64,000 bases of DNA, from positions 1 through 64,000 of IMG/VR virus record IMGVR_UViG_3300037458_001303; one strand, given 5' to 3'. A model generated the notes under the pieces. It made no database searches, was not told the DNA's origin, and saw only the letters and a list, made by a program, of their open reading frames with translations. A program made the translations under genes and the position numbers. This document shows, one piece after another, positions 9,625-19,880 of this stretch (its first letter is position 1; each line of letters opens with the position of its first letter). Source of the stretch: a virus. Its lineage: Duplodnaviria; Caudoviricetes.

Positions 9625-10744
9625 GGACGAAGCCTCCCACAGGGAACGTATTATGGGGCCCAAAGATCTGGGAGCCCACGTGACCGCACACGAGTCCCAG
9701 ATCAACGTGCGGTTGGATACCGGCGGCAGAAGCCCGCGTGCTGAAGATCACGTCCTCACCGGTGCCAACTCGGGAGTTGGTGTTAGAAAGGATCCGCCCT
9801 TCCTCCAACAAGGTAGCCGCGCGCAAGCATCGCTGCTCCGCGGGAATGGTCTTGTCAGTCAGAAGTGCCTGCATCTTCTCCATCTTGTCGATCAAGTCGT
9901 GCTCCGACGGAGAGAAGTAGCCGCCTTTCAGGTGGGGAAACTTCTTGTCGATGGCCTCGAAGACGGACCGATGGACCAGCAGACACCCTGTGGCGATCCA
10001 CTTGGTGGGCTTGCAGACGTTCTGCGGGCCTCGCCGGGCCATCTGGGCCTCGGTCGGGTTGTTGACGCCTTCAGCATACATTGGGCGCCCATTGACAGCC
10101 CGTCCGAAGTAAAGACCGCCAACCAGAGGCTTCTGGTGGCTCATTAGCCGGTTGAGTGTGTGCAGACCGGCAAACTCCGCGGGGAGCGAAAATCCGGTAA
10201 TGCCGTTGAACCACTCGGCCTTCCCCATCGGAAGAACCATGTCGTCGTCGACCCAGAGGCTCCACTCGGCCTTCGTCGCGAGAAAAGTCCGAGCGATCTT
10301 GTTCCGAGTGTGCGAAATGAAGGCATCGCCGCATTGCATGATGATGCCCATCTTTTCCCGCTCGTAAAGCGCCATCACCGAAAACGCGGTGAACGGGCTG
10401 CAGCTCTTGTAGAACGGGAGGCAGATCATCACGTTCTTGCCTTCCCAGTCCGCGCACAGCGGGGGTGCTCCGTCCTCGGGAGACTCGGCCTGTTGCTCCA
10501 AATCCTCGATGTAGAGCTTTTCAGCGGCCCAGCTGGGGAGCGCCTCTTCGCGATGGTCCCACCGATTGATCTCCTCGGTGGAAACATCAAGCAAAGCGGC
10601 TACGCCGGCGACTCCCATCTCGGAGATCTTGCGGCGGAGGATTCCGAGAAAGATAGGAATCTCCCGAGCCCGACGCTTTCGGATGACTGCTTTCTTCTCG
10701 GACTTGTAGAGGGGCCTCTCCGGGTTAATCGGATCGTCCATCAT
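9617..10744 (-). CDS. HTH-fused family 2-like glycosyltransferase
   Basis: N-terminal GVAGVAALLDVSTEEINRW is HTH-like. GT2 motifs ISHTRNKI, LWVDDDM, ATGCLLVHRSVF, GEDVIF and HVDLGLVCGHVG follow. Confidence 0.75.
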   Translation of the reverse strand: MMDDPINPERPLYKSEKKAVIRKRRAREIPIFLGILRRKISEMGVAGVAALLDVSTEEINRWDHREEALPSWAAEKLYIEDLEQQAESPEDGAPPLCADWEGKNVMICLPFYKSCSPFTAFSVMALYEREKMGIIMQCGDAFISHTRNKIARTFLATKAEWSLWVDDDMVLPMGKAEWFNGITGFSLPAEFAGLHTLNRLMSHQKPLVGGLYFGRAVNGRPMYAEGVNNPTEAQMARRGPQNVCKPTKWIATGCLLVHRSVFEAIDKKFPHLKGGYFSPSEHDLIDKMEKMQALLTDKTIPAEQRCLRAATLLEEGRILSNTNSRVGTGEDVIFSTRASAAGIQPHVDLGLVCGHVGSQIFGPHNTFPVGGFVHV

Positions 10745-12144
10745 GACCTCCCTGCGGCTATGACCTCTTCCCGCAGGCGATCGAGAGCGACTTCAGTCCG
10801 CTCGCCGGGCCGATACGAAGACGTCGCGTTGAGACGAGACCGGGAGCCGCTCGAAGATGGCTCGTCGGGCCGTTTGCTCTTTGAGGCGGCCTTGATCTTG
10901 GCTAGCTCAGACGCCACGGTTTCCTTTTCCTTGGCGGCAGCCTCAAGTTGCTTCGTCAGATACTCGACCTGGGCCGATAGGTAGAACGCCATGGCGTTAC
11001 CATAAGCCAAAGTCGCATGCATTTCAGGCGAGGTGTCGTCCAGCGCCACCTTGATCTTGCTCTTCAGGTCGTTCTGGAACTTGACAACGGCCTCGTGCTC
11101 CTTCTTTTGCTCCGGAGATGCGTCCTTGGGCAGATCAGGGGCCTTGAGCCAGCCTGCCGACGATTCGAGCTCCGAGGCGGTCTTGATCCGGGTGGCCTTG
11201 GCCGCCTCGACCTGCGCCTGGGTTTTCCGCGAACGCTCCTGGAAGAACTTGTCAGCGTTGGCGCGGGCTTCTTCGAGCGCTTCCTTCTTTTCGATTCCGG
11301 CATTCTCCACGTCGAGCAACCGGGATTCCACAAATCGCTTCTGCTGGGGCGTCATGTGCTGGTAGATCGGGTCCCAGTTCACGTTGGTCAGGCCAGCCTT
11401 GCGGATGATCTCGACGTTTTCCTTGGTCATGCCCCATTCGGCGAGCTTGGCCAGCACGGCCTCGGTGTTCCGCTGGACTCGCTTATCGAACACCTGGAAT
11501 TCCTCGGCCGATTCGATGTCCGAGTTTCGCTTGAATTCGCGGAGCTCCTTCAGCTCCGTCTCCAGAGACTTGATCTTCTCAGCGAACTCTTCGGGGCTCT
11601 TCCCTTCGAGCTTGCTCTTCAGCGTCTCGACTTCCTTCAGCGCTTCGGCAGCCTTAGACTCGGCCTGCTGAATTCGCTCGCGAGCCAGACGCTTGACGGT
11701 TTCAAAGGACTCCTTTGCTTTGACGCTTGCTGACTCAGGAAAGACGACCTTCTCAACATCTGTTGGCGTTCCTTCCGTTCCTGGTTCAGCAGGTCGACTT
11801 TCTCCAGGGTCCCCGGATCGGACGCTTCCATCCTTGCCAGGGTCCGCTCCAGTCTTGTCACTCGGCGCTTCAGTCGGGCCAGCTCCTGGGTCACCTTGGC
11901 CGCTCTTTGAACTGCCTTCCCCGCTTCGGGTATTCGAGGTGGTTGCATCGTTGGCTTTCTTACGAAGTTCGTCGAGGGCATCAGAGGTTCTTTTGATGGG
12001 TCCTACTGTCGATAGGCTTGACGGGGCTGGCTCCGAAGGCTTTGCCGGTGGCGGCGAAGCCGATTGGCTTTTCGGTGGAGTGCTCGATGGGCTTTGTCCG
12101 CCGGGAATAGCGGACCCGATGTCGATGTCAATGTTGTCCGGCAT
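10741..12144 (-). CDS. Capsid scaffolding protein
   Basis: Acidic, low-complexity N-terminus and long coiled coils; lies between portal and capsid. Confidence 0.65.
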   Translation of the reverse strand: MPDNIDIDIGSAIPGGQSPSSTPPKSQSASPPPAKPSEPAPSSLSTVGPIKRTSDALDELRKKANDATTSNTRSGEGSSKSGQGDPGAGPTEAPSDKTGADPGKDGSVRSGDPGESRPAEPGTEGTPTDVEKVVFPESASVKAKESFETVKRLARERIQQAESKAAEALKEVETLKSKLEGKSPEEFAEKIKSLETELKELREFKRNSDIESAEEFQVFDKRVQRNTEAVLAKLAEWGMTKENVEIIRKAGLTNVNWDPIYQHMTPQQKRFVESRLLDVENAGIEKKEALEEARANADKFFQERSRKTQAQVEAAKATRIKTASELESSAGWLKAPDLPKDASPEQKKEHEAVVKFQNDLKSKIKVALDDTSPEMHATLAYGNAMAFYLSAQVEYLTKQLEAAAKEKETVASELAKIKAASKSKRPDEPSSSGSRSRLNATSSYRPGERTEVALDRLREEVIAAGRS

Positions 12145-12542
12145 TAGCTACCTTCCGTTTTCTGAGTTTGGGCCTCCAGTGGAGCGGAGGCTTCGTTTGG
12201 CACCAAAACCTGGGACCGGGCGATGGTCTGAAGCTCTTCAGGCCACCCCGAGTCGTCGTCGATGTTGGGGTAAGCAAGAGACTTCTCTTCGACCTTCGAC
12301 TCGGTGACGAGACAGTCGAAAATGCTCGCGATGCACTGCTCGTAGCCTTCGATTTGCTTGGCGGCCAAAGCTACGGCATTCGGGTCCCCACGCTCCGGGG
12401 CAACCACTGGAAGCATCGGACGGTTCAGGCGGAGCCGAAGAATGAATCGCTTGCCAGTGCGATGCTTCAGGAAGTCGCGGAGACGGTCGGCGTCAGTGGA
12501 ATCCCAAAGGGCGCCATGGAATGGGTCAGCGTAGTCGCTCAT
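12144..12542 (-). CDS. Hypothetical protein downstream of portal
   Basis: 132-aa ORF coupled to the scaffold gene. Confidence 0.6.
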   Translation of the reverse strand: MSDYADPFHGALWDSTDADRLRDFLKHRTGKRFILRLRLNRPMLPVVAPERGDPNAVALAAKQIEGYEQCIASIFDCLVTESKVEEKSLAYPNIDDDSGWPEELQTIARSQVLVPNEASAPLEAQTQKTEGS

Positions 12543-12900
12543 GTTGTTTTTCGTAGTCAGGGTAAAGAGCCACCGTATTGGCTCGCCATTTCACTCGTAA
12601 AGCGTGCTTCCGTTTAGCCGGCTTGTCATCTAACTTCGTATAGTAGGGTTCAATGGCAACTCCAGAAGACCCGAAACGCAGAACCCCGTGAAAACCAGCC
12701 GGCAGCTCATCGTGGAACCAAAAACGACCGTAGACAGCCGAGACCTCGAAAAACGGCAGGTGGATGGCCGCTCCGAACCACTTAGTAAGGGATAGTGGGG
12801 CGTCGTGCCCGAAGAGCGAGAACACGGCCCTGAGAGGACCGACTTCGAGTGCAAGAGAAACGGTGCAGTATCGTAAGAGGAAGAGATGGATCTTGCTCAT
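12526..12900 (-). CDS. Hypothetical protein
   Basis: Its ATG overlaps the portal stop (ATGA) and it fills the gap to the next gene. Confidence 0.45.
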   Translation of the reverse strand: MSKIHLFLLRYCTVSLALEVGPLRAVFSLFGHDAPLSLTKWFGAAIHLPFFEVSAVYGRFWFHDELPAGFHGVLRFGSSGVAIEPYYTKLDDKPAKRKHALRVKWRANTVALYPDYEKQHERLR

Positions 12901-15020
12901 GCAACAGCACCGGGTTGCGGTGCCTGCGCCCCGAGAACTCCGGCGGCGGCCTGTTCAGCCATGGCAACCGCTTGTTCAGGAGGAACGCCCTGCGCGACGG
13001 CGGCCTGGACGTTTTCCTCGAAGGCTAGCACCTGTTTGACTCTCTGCTCTATGATCGCGATCTTGTTCTGGATCGCGGCGAAGGCCGACTGATCCTCACC
13101 GGTCGCCGCACCCATCTGCACGTGTTCCCGCGCGTGCCCAAGGATACGGGACAAAACATCGGCCACCCCGGGGTCGGAAGGGAGGCTATCCACCATGGAC
13201 TGCATGATCGGGTCAAGCACCTGGAGGTGGATCAGGTGGTTGTCTCGCGGCGATACCGGGACCTCCTGGCTCGTCGCCAAGATCATGTTCTCCATCGTCT
13301 GCAGACGGGACTGTTCAGCGGTCTGCGTCGGGTCATTAACCGGAAGAAGCAGCGACTCGGCGAGATCGTCCGAGAAGATCGCGGAGATCTTGCGGCGTAG
13401 CAATTCACGTTGGTCAAGAAGCGGGTTGCCGGCCTGCTCGGTGGCGAAGATCGACATGTTCTGGCGCTCCAGGTCGGTGAGGTCGCGGACCACGGTCGCC
13501 GATGGCTGACTAGCCAGCTCCTGGAGCTCTTCCTCGGTCATGATCGAGAGTAGCCGCTCGCGCATAGCTTTCGCGTCGTCGTCATCAACCTCAGGGCTGC
13601 AGGCACGTTTCTGAATGGTCGACATCATGTTCGAGAACTGCAGGAGGAACCGGGCCAAGATGTTGTCCTTGGACTCCTCTTCCCGCTGCGCGAACAGATT
13701 AACCTGATCATTTGTGACCCGCTCGCCCTTCAACTGTTTCGGGGACACGTTGCCGGAGAGCTCGTCAAGCAACGACCTCATGAACCCATCCAAAGCGAGA
13801 AACTCGTCGACGTAAGGCTTGAAAACCTGCTGGGTCTGGACGACGAAGGGCTGCCCGATCAAAACAGCATTGCCCCAGACCGACATCTTGAACCGACGCA
13901 GTTGCTTCTCGTCGCCCTGAACCAGAACTTTGCCAGCGAGCTGCAGCCGATCGACTACCTCGTTGCGGGCTCGGTCCAAAATGCCGGCCATGGCGTAAAC
14001 GATACGACCGATACCCTTTGACGAATGCATAGTCCCCGTCCCCTGCTGGAACGAGAAAAAGCAGGCAGCATCCGACATCGAGTCGAACCGGTCGTATCGC
14101 TTGAACAACACCTTCATGTCCGGGTAGCGAACCTTCCAATGAGACACTTTGCCGGTCACCTCATAGACCAGAAGGTTGTAGACGATAATCTCCTTGGCGC
14201 CGGAGTTGATCGAGTTCGCGAGATTGCTCTCGCGCGCGAGGTCAACGAATAGACGGGAGAATTCACCGCCATCGATCTTGATGGAGGTGGGCATCGCGTT
14301 GTTGATCGCCTCGGTGGTCTCCTTGATCTGCCAGCCGGCATCCTCGGCCGCGGAAACGTCACGGATCTTGGCGAACAGCTCGTGGGGCTGGTAATGCTCA
14401 ACGAACGCTACGACCTGTGCGAGGTTCGCGTGTTGCTTGGTCCCCATCGGGATCAGGAACTTGTCACCCCGGTAGTGAGACGGAAACCACGTATACTCGT
14501 CGAGCCAGCCCACCGAGGTGTAGCCGAAAAGAGTGTTCTCCTGACTGATCTCGCCGATCAGGTCGTTCCAGCCGGCGCGGTTTCGACAGAGGGCAGTAAT
14601 CTCGCGCCGGAAGGCCTCCGTCTTTCGAGATGAACCGGGGATCGTGTCGGGGAGCTTCGAGGAAGTCAGATACTTGGCTGCAGCAACCGAGTTTTGGAAC
14701 CGAGGTGCTACCTTGTCGACCAGCACGGACATCGGCTGGGATGAAAAGTTGGACTTCCACCCGAGCCCTTCGGCCTTGAGATTCTCCTGAGCACCAAACG
14801 GGCGCTCGGAGTCATACTTGCTTTGGATCCGGGCATTCTTGAGGTTGCGGTCGCGGTTGTCGTTTTCCAGCCGTCGGATGATGTTGGCGCACTGCTCGGG
14901 ATTGGCGACCGCTCTCTGCGGAGGCTCCCCGCCAGGGAGCTTGCCGGTAGACGGGATATTCGGCGGGTTGATATCGATCGAACCAGTGCCTTGAGCGTGG
15001 GTGGAAGCGGGGTAGGGCAT
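12897..15020 (-). CDS. Portal protein
   Basis: 707 aa between terminase and scaffold; helical with a Gln/Ala-rich C-terminal tail and a RDNHLIHLQV motif typical of podovirus-type portals. Confidence 0.75.
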   Translation of the reverse strand: MPYPASTHAQGTGSIDINPPNIPSTGKLPGGEPPQRAVANPEQCANIIRRLENDNRDRNLKNARIQSKYDSERPFGAQENLKAEGLGWKSNFSSQPMSVLVDKVAPRFQNSVAAAKYLTSSKLPDTIPGSSRKTEAFRREITALCRNRAGWNDLIGEISQENTLFGYTSVGWLDEYTWFPSHYRGDKFLIPMGTKQHANLAQVVAFVEHYQPHELFAKIRDVSAAEDAGWQIKETTEAINNAMPTSIKIDGGEFSRLFVDLARESNLANSINSGAKEIIVYNLLVYEVTGKVSHWKVRYPDMKVLFKRYDRFDSMSDAACFFSFQQGTGTMHSSKGIGRIVYAMAGILDRARNEVVDRLQLAGKVLVQGDEKQLRRFKMSVWGNAVLIGQPFVVQTQQVFKPYVDEFLALDGFMRSLLDELSGNVSPKQLKGERVTNDQVNLFAQREEESKDNILARFLLQFSNMMSTIQKRACSPEVDDDDAKAMRERLLSIMTEEELQELASQPSATVVRDLTDLERQNMSIFATEQAGNPLLDQRELLRRKISAIFSDDLAESLLLPVNDPTQTAEQSRLQTMENMILATSQEVPVSPRDNHLIHLQVLDPIMQSMVDSLPSDPGVADVLSRILGHAREHVQMGAATGEDQSAFAAIQNKIAIIEQRVKQVLAFEENVQAAVAQGVPPEQAVAMAEQAAAGVLGAQAPQPGAVA

Positions 15021-15021
15021 A

Positions 15022-15252
15022 TTACCATTTCTTGAGAGGGCAACTCTCGGTTTTCAGAACTGTCTTCAGCCTGATGAAGCACGAGCATTCCTGGCACTGG
15101 TCAAAGCTCTTGTCGTAACGGTCGCATTCCCAGCAGTGGGCTTCTCTTTTCCACTGCAGCACGCGGCTGGCGACGACCTCGTCGCCGCGGAACCACGCCT
15201 TAGCAACGCGCCAGATCGCTTGAGCAAAGCTAAAAACGTTGGGGACACGCAT
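15022..15252 (-). CDS. Small Cys-rich, probably zinc-binding, phage protein
   Basis: Start refined to 15252 (TAATG overlap). Pattern CWEC...CQECSCF...K...CP..KW is common in phages. Confidence 0.65.
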   Translation of the reverse strand: MRVPNVFSFAQAIWRVAKAWFRGDEVVASRVLQWKREAHCWECDRYDKSFDQCQECSCFIRLKTVLKTESCPLKKW

Positions 15253-15836
15253 TACCTCGTAAGCCTCCAGCAGTTCTGCGGCTGGCCAACAGATTTCGGC
15301 GGCTGCTCCAGCCATACCGAGAGGCTAGTCTCCTCGGCCAGGGCCCCACAAGCCCGGAGCGCTCGCACCTCTTGCGGCGAGTCAACTCGGTTGGTCTTGA
15401 GGAAATGATCTTTCAAAGCGTTCACGTTCTTGACGCTGCACCCACAGGATCCCGTCCAGTCTCTCTGCTGAGGGCAACCCGCACAGATGGCTGCGCGAGC
15501 CCTGGCGGTGCTGGCCGAAACAGTGCGTGTCGAAGCTCGACCGACCAAGTTTGCAACCCAAGCGACCACGCGACCTCCAAACCCTTTATCAGATTTTTGG
15601 TGCTCGACGAAGACTTTTCGGCTGGATGCTTCATAGCAGTAGGTCGGGTGCTTCTGACAAAAGTTCGAGTATATCTCGGCGATCGGCTCCCCAACAGGGG
15701 AACCTCGGGCCCGCCGGTGGTTCTCGATCTTCCGAGCAACGTCCGACCAAGAGTCCCCGGTAAACTCCAGCCCCGATTCCACGTCGAAATGACGGTAACC
15801 GTTTGGCGGGAAAAGACCTTGGTTAGGTCGCTGCAT
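15252..15836 (-). CDS. Cys-rich hypothetical protein
   Basis: Contains CAGCP..., CGCS..., CGALA... and a terminal CW; its ATG lies 7 nt after a late -10 box. Confidence 0.6.
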   Translation of the reverse strand: MQRPNQGLFPPNGYRHFDVESGLEFTGDSWSDVARKIENHRRARGSPVGEPIAEIYSNFCQKHPTYCYEASSRKVFVEHQKSDKGFGGRVVAWVANLVGRASTRTVSASTARARAAICAGCPQQRDWTGSCGCSVKNVNALKDHFLKTNRVDSPQEVRALRACGALAEETSLSVWLEQPPKSVGQPQNCWRLTR

Positions 15837-15843
15837 TCAATGA

Positions 15844-15872
15844 TATATCGGGTCCAGCCGCGGGGCTGTCAA
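15844..15872 (-). promoter_or_regulatory. Late promoter for the portal operon, probably leaderless
   Basis: TTGACA-N17-GATATA, then 7 nt to the ATG at 15836. Confidence 0.7.
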
Positions 15873-15951
15873 CTAGGGCCTGTGTGAAAACGTCGCCACT
15901 TGCCCAGGATTGCATACGTTTTGTCACAAAAACTGGGTAGTTTTTCTGACA

Positions 15952-17844
15952 TTACAGGTCATCGAAAAGGTTCGTAACGTCGCACGGCAGAGGGATTTCC
16001 GCTTCCTGGTAGTCGTCGGATGCCCCGCCCGAGAGCACTAACCCACTCGGGACGATTTTTGACTCCATTCTGACTCCGTGGAGCACCAAACCGTAAGCAT
16101 CCGCTTCGTTTGGGGAGATGTCCTCGGTCTGACGCTTCACCCAGTCCCGCTTGGACTCCACTCGGCTCTTCGACCGCGGGTCGAATCGGCGGTCCAGCAA
16201 CTGCCGGCGCAGAACGTCACGGTAGTCACACTGGGGATGGACCTTCATCAGCCCAAACTCGGTCCACTTACCGACGGCGAACCAAACCTCAGAGTAGACC
16301 CGGTCGTAGAGATCCTTGGCCACCGACTCCGATTCTTCGAGCACCTTCAGATCCGAAGCCGACTCAGAATAGTTGATGGCGCGCACCTCTGGCGACCATA
16401 GCGTCTTGAGCACATCGTGGACACCGGCGCCGTTCCCAGTCCGGTCTAGCATAAGCCACGGCGGCATGATGCCCTCGATCTTGCACATGTCGATGATCTG
16501 GCGCGCCATCTTCATCGTGTCGCCCTTCGCGAGCCGTCGAATGTGCATGACCCCCAGGGCGACCCGTCGGATCGGCTTGCCACGTTCGTCAACGAACATC
16601 ACCGTGCGGCCTTCCGGATGCTCCGGAGACGCCGGGTATTTCACGCCAAGCGCCGAGCCGAAATCAGCGATAGCGGCGACAGCCGGATCACCGCCTTCGA
16701 GCGCCAGATCAACGCCGGCAACCCGACGCGGCTTGTCGGCCCAAACAAACTCGCCTTCCCACTCGTGCAGCGTCGTCGGCGGGATCACCGCATACGACAT
16801 GCTCTCCTCGGGGAACATCGCGCGCCCAAACGTCAGATAGCCCGCAGAGTCGACACCGCCCGTCGACTTGGCCAGGATCTCCAGGCCGCGCTTAGTCTGG
16901 AGCCCCGAATAGATCACCTTCCCTTCGATGACGTTCTCGGACTTCTCGGCGTCCAGCCGAACGACGCGCCATCCGCGCCGGCTGGACCAGATCTCGTCCT
17001 TGTCCAGGTCAACGTTCTTCCAGCCCTTCTCGGGCTCAGCACGCGCCGCCACGGGGCCGCTGATCTCCTTGGGGTTGAAGGCGCCGACGATCTTCAGCCC
17101 CTCCACGCCGTCCTCCTCGGCGTCGATGTTGGACGTCAGGTTGTCCAGATCACTCCAGACCGACCCGGGGATGTTCTCGATTTCGTCGAGCATCGTCCTC
17201 AGGCGGGATTGCTCGCCGAACACCGGGTGTGGCCGCGACCGCTGGAAGCGTTTACTTCCCTGCAATTTTCCTGCGGCTTTCGGCCCGCGCGGCATGACCA
17301 CGCCCGACAGCCCCCCACGGGTATCCCGGCGGGACAACCCAATGAACAGGTCACCGACCACCCCGGGCACCGGAAGCGACGCTTCCATGTGGAGCCGCGT
17401 CAGGTGCGAAAACAGATTGCGTTTGAGGTGGTCCTCAGTTGGCCCGATCACGGTGCAGGTCGTAAACTCGGGATCGCGCAGCCAGTCCAAGAAGAAATAC
17501 ACGCCGCTCGAATAGCTCTTGGACATCGAGCTGGCGCCCATCAGCAGCACGGTCGAATAGCCGTCCAGGGCGTCCCAGATCATCTGAGTCGACCGCGGCA
17601 GGGGCGTGAACATCGTGGGCGTCCACAGCAGCAACGCGGCGTCCGCATAGTGGTCCCTCTGCAGGCACCAGTCCACCAACGACCAGCACAACCGCTGGGC
17701 CGACTTGGGCCCGTCCGGCTTGCGGCACTTCGAGAATTCATGAAGCACGAGCGCGGCCTTCATCAGCTCGCCCTCGTGCAGAAACCGCGACACTGCGTCT
17801 ATCAGCGTGCGGCGAGGTCCCTCAACCAGTGCTACACGACGCAT
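15952..17844 (-). CDS. terL: Terminase large subunit
   Basis: Walker A-like LLMGASSMSKSY, Walker B MLDEIENI and RuvC-like nuclease motifs AGVDLALEGGD and SPNEADA. Start probably 17844; the ORF track gives 17925. Confidence 0.85.
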   Translation of the reverse strand: MRRVALVEGPRRTLIDAVSRFLHEGELMKAALVLHEFSKCRKPDGPKSAQRLCWSLVDWCLQRDHYADAALLLWTPTMFTPLPRSTQMIWDALDGYSTVLLMGASSMSKSYSSGVYFFLDWLRDPEFTTCTVIGPTEDHLKRNLFSHLTRLHMEASLPVPGVVGDLFIGLSRRDTRGGLSGVVMPRGPKAAGKLQGSKRFQRSRPHPVFGEQSRLRTMLDEIENIPGSVWSDLDNLTSNIDAEEDGVEGLKIVGAFNPKEISGPVAARAEPEKGWKNVDLDKDEIWSSRRGWRVVRLDAEKSENVIEGKVIYSGLQTKRGLEILAKSTGGVDSAGYLTFGRAMFPEESMSYAVIPPTTLHEWEGEFVWADKPRRVAGVDLALEGGDPAVAAIADFGSALGVKYPASPEHPEGRTVMFVDERGKPIRRVALGVMHIRRLAKGDTMKMARQIIDMCKIEGIMPPWLMLDRTGNGAGVHDVLKTLWSPEVRAINYSESASDLKVLEESESVAKDLYDRVYSEVWFAVGKWTEFGLMKVHPQCDYRDVLRRQLLDRRFDPRSKSRVESKRDWVKRQTEDISPNEADAYGLVLHGVRMESKIVPSGLVLSGGASDDYQEAEIPLPCDVTNLFDDL

Positions 17845-18491
17845 TTCTTGATCGTATCCAGCTTGTGCTGCCCGGTGCCCCGGCACGCCGCCGCAGCGAA
17901 GTGCCATGCCTTCGCGTTCTGCCACTCGGGGTTGTTCTTATCTCCATAGAGGTAGCACCAGTGCGGCCCGTGCTTGACCTTATTTCCGTCCTTGAGGTCC
18001 TGCAGAAAGAACATCATGTCCGAGACCTGGGTCAGATCGGCCGGCGGCTGGTAAGCCATCATCCAGTTGACGATCTTGCGCCCGCCTTCCGGAGTCAGGT
18101 AAACCAAGCACGGCACCCCGTGCCGGTCGAGCAGGTGCACCGGGTCAGAGAGCGCCTTGGTATCCGCCGGCTTCAGGTCCCGCGGCATCACGTCCGAGTC
18201 GGCCACAACGATCGGCTGCCCCAGCCGGTCCGCCAGCTTCGACGCGGCGAGCCATCGCACCCAGCACCCGGTCTCGTAGTTGCGCCCGTTGCTGGTCCTG
18301 TATGTCGACACGCGCGACACGAGCGGGTGGTAAAACGGATGACACGTCGCATGCGGTTTACTCACCACCTCCGCATTCCATCCCATCATCGTCCATTTGG
18401 CCTTCCAGATCTTGATAATCTCCTGGAAGGCGGGTTCCGCGCCGGCCATCTCGGGCGTCGGCTGGTGCCAGCAAACTATTCTGTTCGTCAT
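17832..18491 (-). CDS. Glycosyltransferase-like protein (nucleotide-diphospho-sugar transferase fold)
   Basis: Motifs CWVRWLAA and IVVADSDVMP (DxD). Start refined to MTNRIVCW at 18491. Confidence 0.5.
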   Translation of the reverse strand: MTNRIVCWHQPTPEMAGAEPAFQEIIKIWKAKWTMMGWNAEVVSKPHATCHPFYHPLVSRVSTYRTSNGRNYETGCWVRWLAASKLADRLGQPIVVADSDVMPRDLKPADTKALSDPVHLLDRHGVPCLVYLTPEGGRKIVNWMMAYQPPADLTQVSDMMFFLQDLKDGNKVKHGPHWCYLYGDKNNPEWQNAKAWHFAAAACRGTGQHKLDTIKKCVV

Positions 18492-18805
18492 ATCGGCCGT
18501 CCAATGGCGTCGACGCACGGAGATGCCAGATAGCGCTGCCGAGCAGCCCAGCAACATGCCGGGTCGCCGGATTAGCCTCCAGCTCGATCTGAGCTTCGCG
18601 CAGCCGCCGCTCTATCCACCCCGTGTTCATACGCACGATACTACAAAATTTTTGAGGAAACATGCGGGCCGACGACCGAAGTCGAGCGACCGTCGACCCG
18701 CACACACGAGACCTGAAGACCTCACGCTATCATTGCCGGACCTGCTGGCGCAGTTGGCTCAAAACGCGATAGCCCACCCAACATCCCACCCTGAGGCGGC
18801 CTCGA

Positions 18806-19207
18806 TCACTTAACTATCGCGTCGAGAGGCAACAGTGTCAACTTTCTCTTGCGCCGCCACTGCCTCAGGAGCCACTGCGAAAACTCCCCGGTGTGGTGCG
18901 CCACGCTCTCCTCTCGGATCTCCCCGCGCAGCCCCATCAGCCGCGCATTGTGCGTCGCTGCATGCACCGCCTCATGGATCACCGTGTTCTGGGACGACGT
19001 CAGCGGGATCCAAACCTCGGCGATGTGCTTCCACCTGCCTCTCGGCGCCGGGAAGATCCACGTCACGGCCAGCGAGCTGTCAGCTATGAGTCCCCAGCCC
19101 TCTGCGTCGCCCCGTTCTCGAAACTCGGCCGCCGAATCGGGGAATAGCACCTTGACGCGATACTTGGACCCGGGGAACTGATAGACCAACGGCCTGAGCG
19201 GTTTCAT
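18806..19207 (-). CDS. Small HExxH metallopeptidase-like protein
   Basis: TVIHEAVHAA motif followed by EESVAH. Confidence 0.5.
   Translation of the reverse strand: MKPLRPLVYQFPGSKYRVKVLFPDSAAEFRERGDAEGWGLIADSSLAVTWIFPAPRGRWKHIAEVWIPLTSSQNTVIHEAVHAATHNARLMGLRGEIREESVAHHTGEFSQWLLRQWRRKRKLTLLPLDAIVK
18813..18841 (-). promoter_or_regulatory. Late promoter upstream of the GT-terL unit
   Basis: TTGACA-N17-GATAGT. Confidence 0.6.
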
Positions 19208-19845
19208 TCGGTTACAGGTTGAACGTCCCCACCAGCTGACTCTGCCGGGCTTTGAACTCCGACTCCGGGAGCCACTGCACGTATGCGATGCCAAGCCCCG
19301 ACTGGTATCTCGCTTCGAGTTGGACTCTCTTGTCGAACCGCTGCACTTCGCGAACCTGGACGCATGCCCCAGCCGTAGGTTTTCCGACGGGGTCCTGGTG
19401 GGGCGACTTGGGGGTCTTGTCGTTCGTCATAGACGTATTCTCTCCGGCGGAACCGCTGCGTGACGACGATCATCGAACCGACGCCGCGGATGGCGCCACG
19501 CTGCGATCCAAAGATGACGATGTTAGCCCGCGGCATCGAAATAGTCAAGAACGTATCATCCATCCGGCGGACGACCTCCCTCCGAAGTGCCTCGCAGGCG
19601 CGCGCATACCCGCGACCTGATGCGGTGTGTGTCGTCGGCGTCTCGATCACCACCAGCCGCGCCGGCATCGCCAGGGCGGTATCGAAAGCCTCCTGGACTA
19701 CCTGCTTCACCATCGTCGTCAGCGGGTGGCGATGGACGAACTTGCGGACTAGGACCTGCTCAAAATCGATCCGCTGCGGCGCAGGCGGCTGCCGGTAGAT
19801 TGGCGGACGTCCCCGCGGTCTACCTGTTGGACTCCGTTTCTTCAT
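19204..19845 (-). CDS. Hypothetical basic protein; probably this ORF plus the 72-aa ORF 19212..19430 in another frame
   Basis: AT-hook-like GRPRGRPP N-terminus; ATG lies 6 nt after a -10 box. Confidence 0.45.
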   Translation of the reverse strand: MKKRSPTGRPRGRPPIYRQPPAPQRIDFEQVLVRKFVHRHPLTTMVKQVVQEAFDTALAMPARLVVIETPTTHTASGRGYARACEALRREVVRRMDDTFLTISMPRANIVIFGSQRGAIRGVGSMIVVTQRFRRREYVYDERQDPQVAPPGPRRKTYGWGMRPGSRSAAVRQESPTRSEIPVGAWHRIRAVAPGVGVQSPAESAGGDVQPVTE

Positions 19846-19851
19846 GATGGA

Positions 19852-19880
19852 AGAATCTCGTCAGGACTGAGGGTTGTCAA
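19852..19880 (-). promoter_or_regulatory. Late promoter, probably leaderless
   Basis: TTGACA-N17-GATTCT, then 6 nt to the ATG at 19845. Confidence 0.6.
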
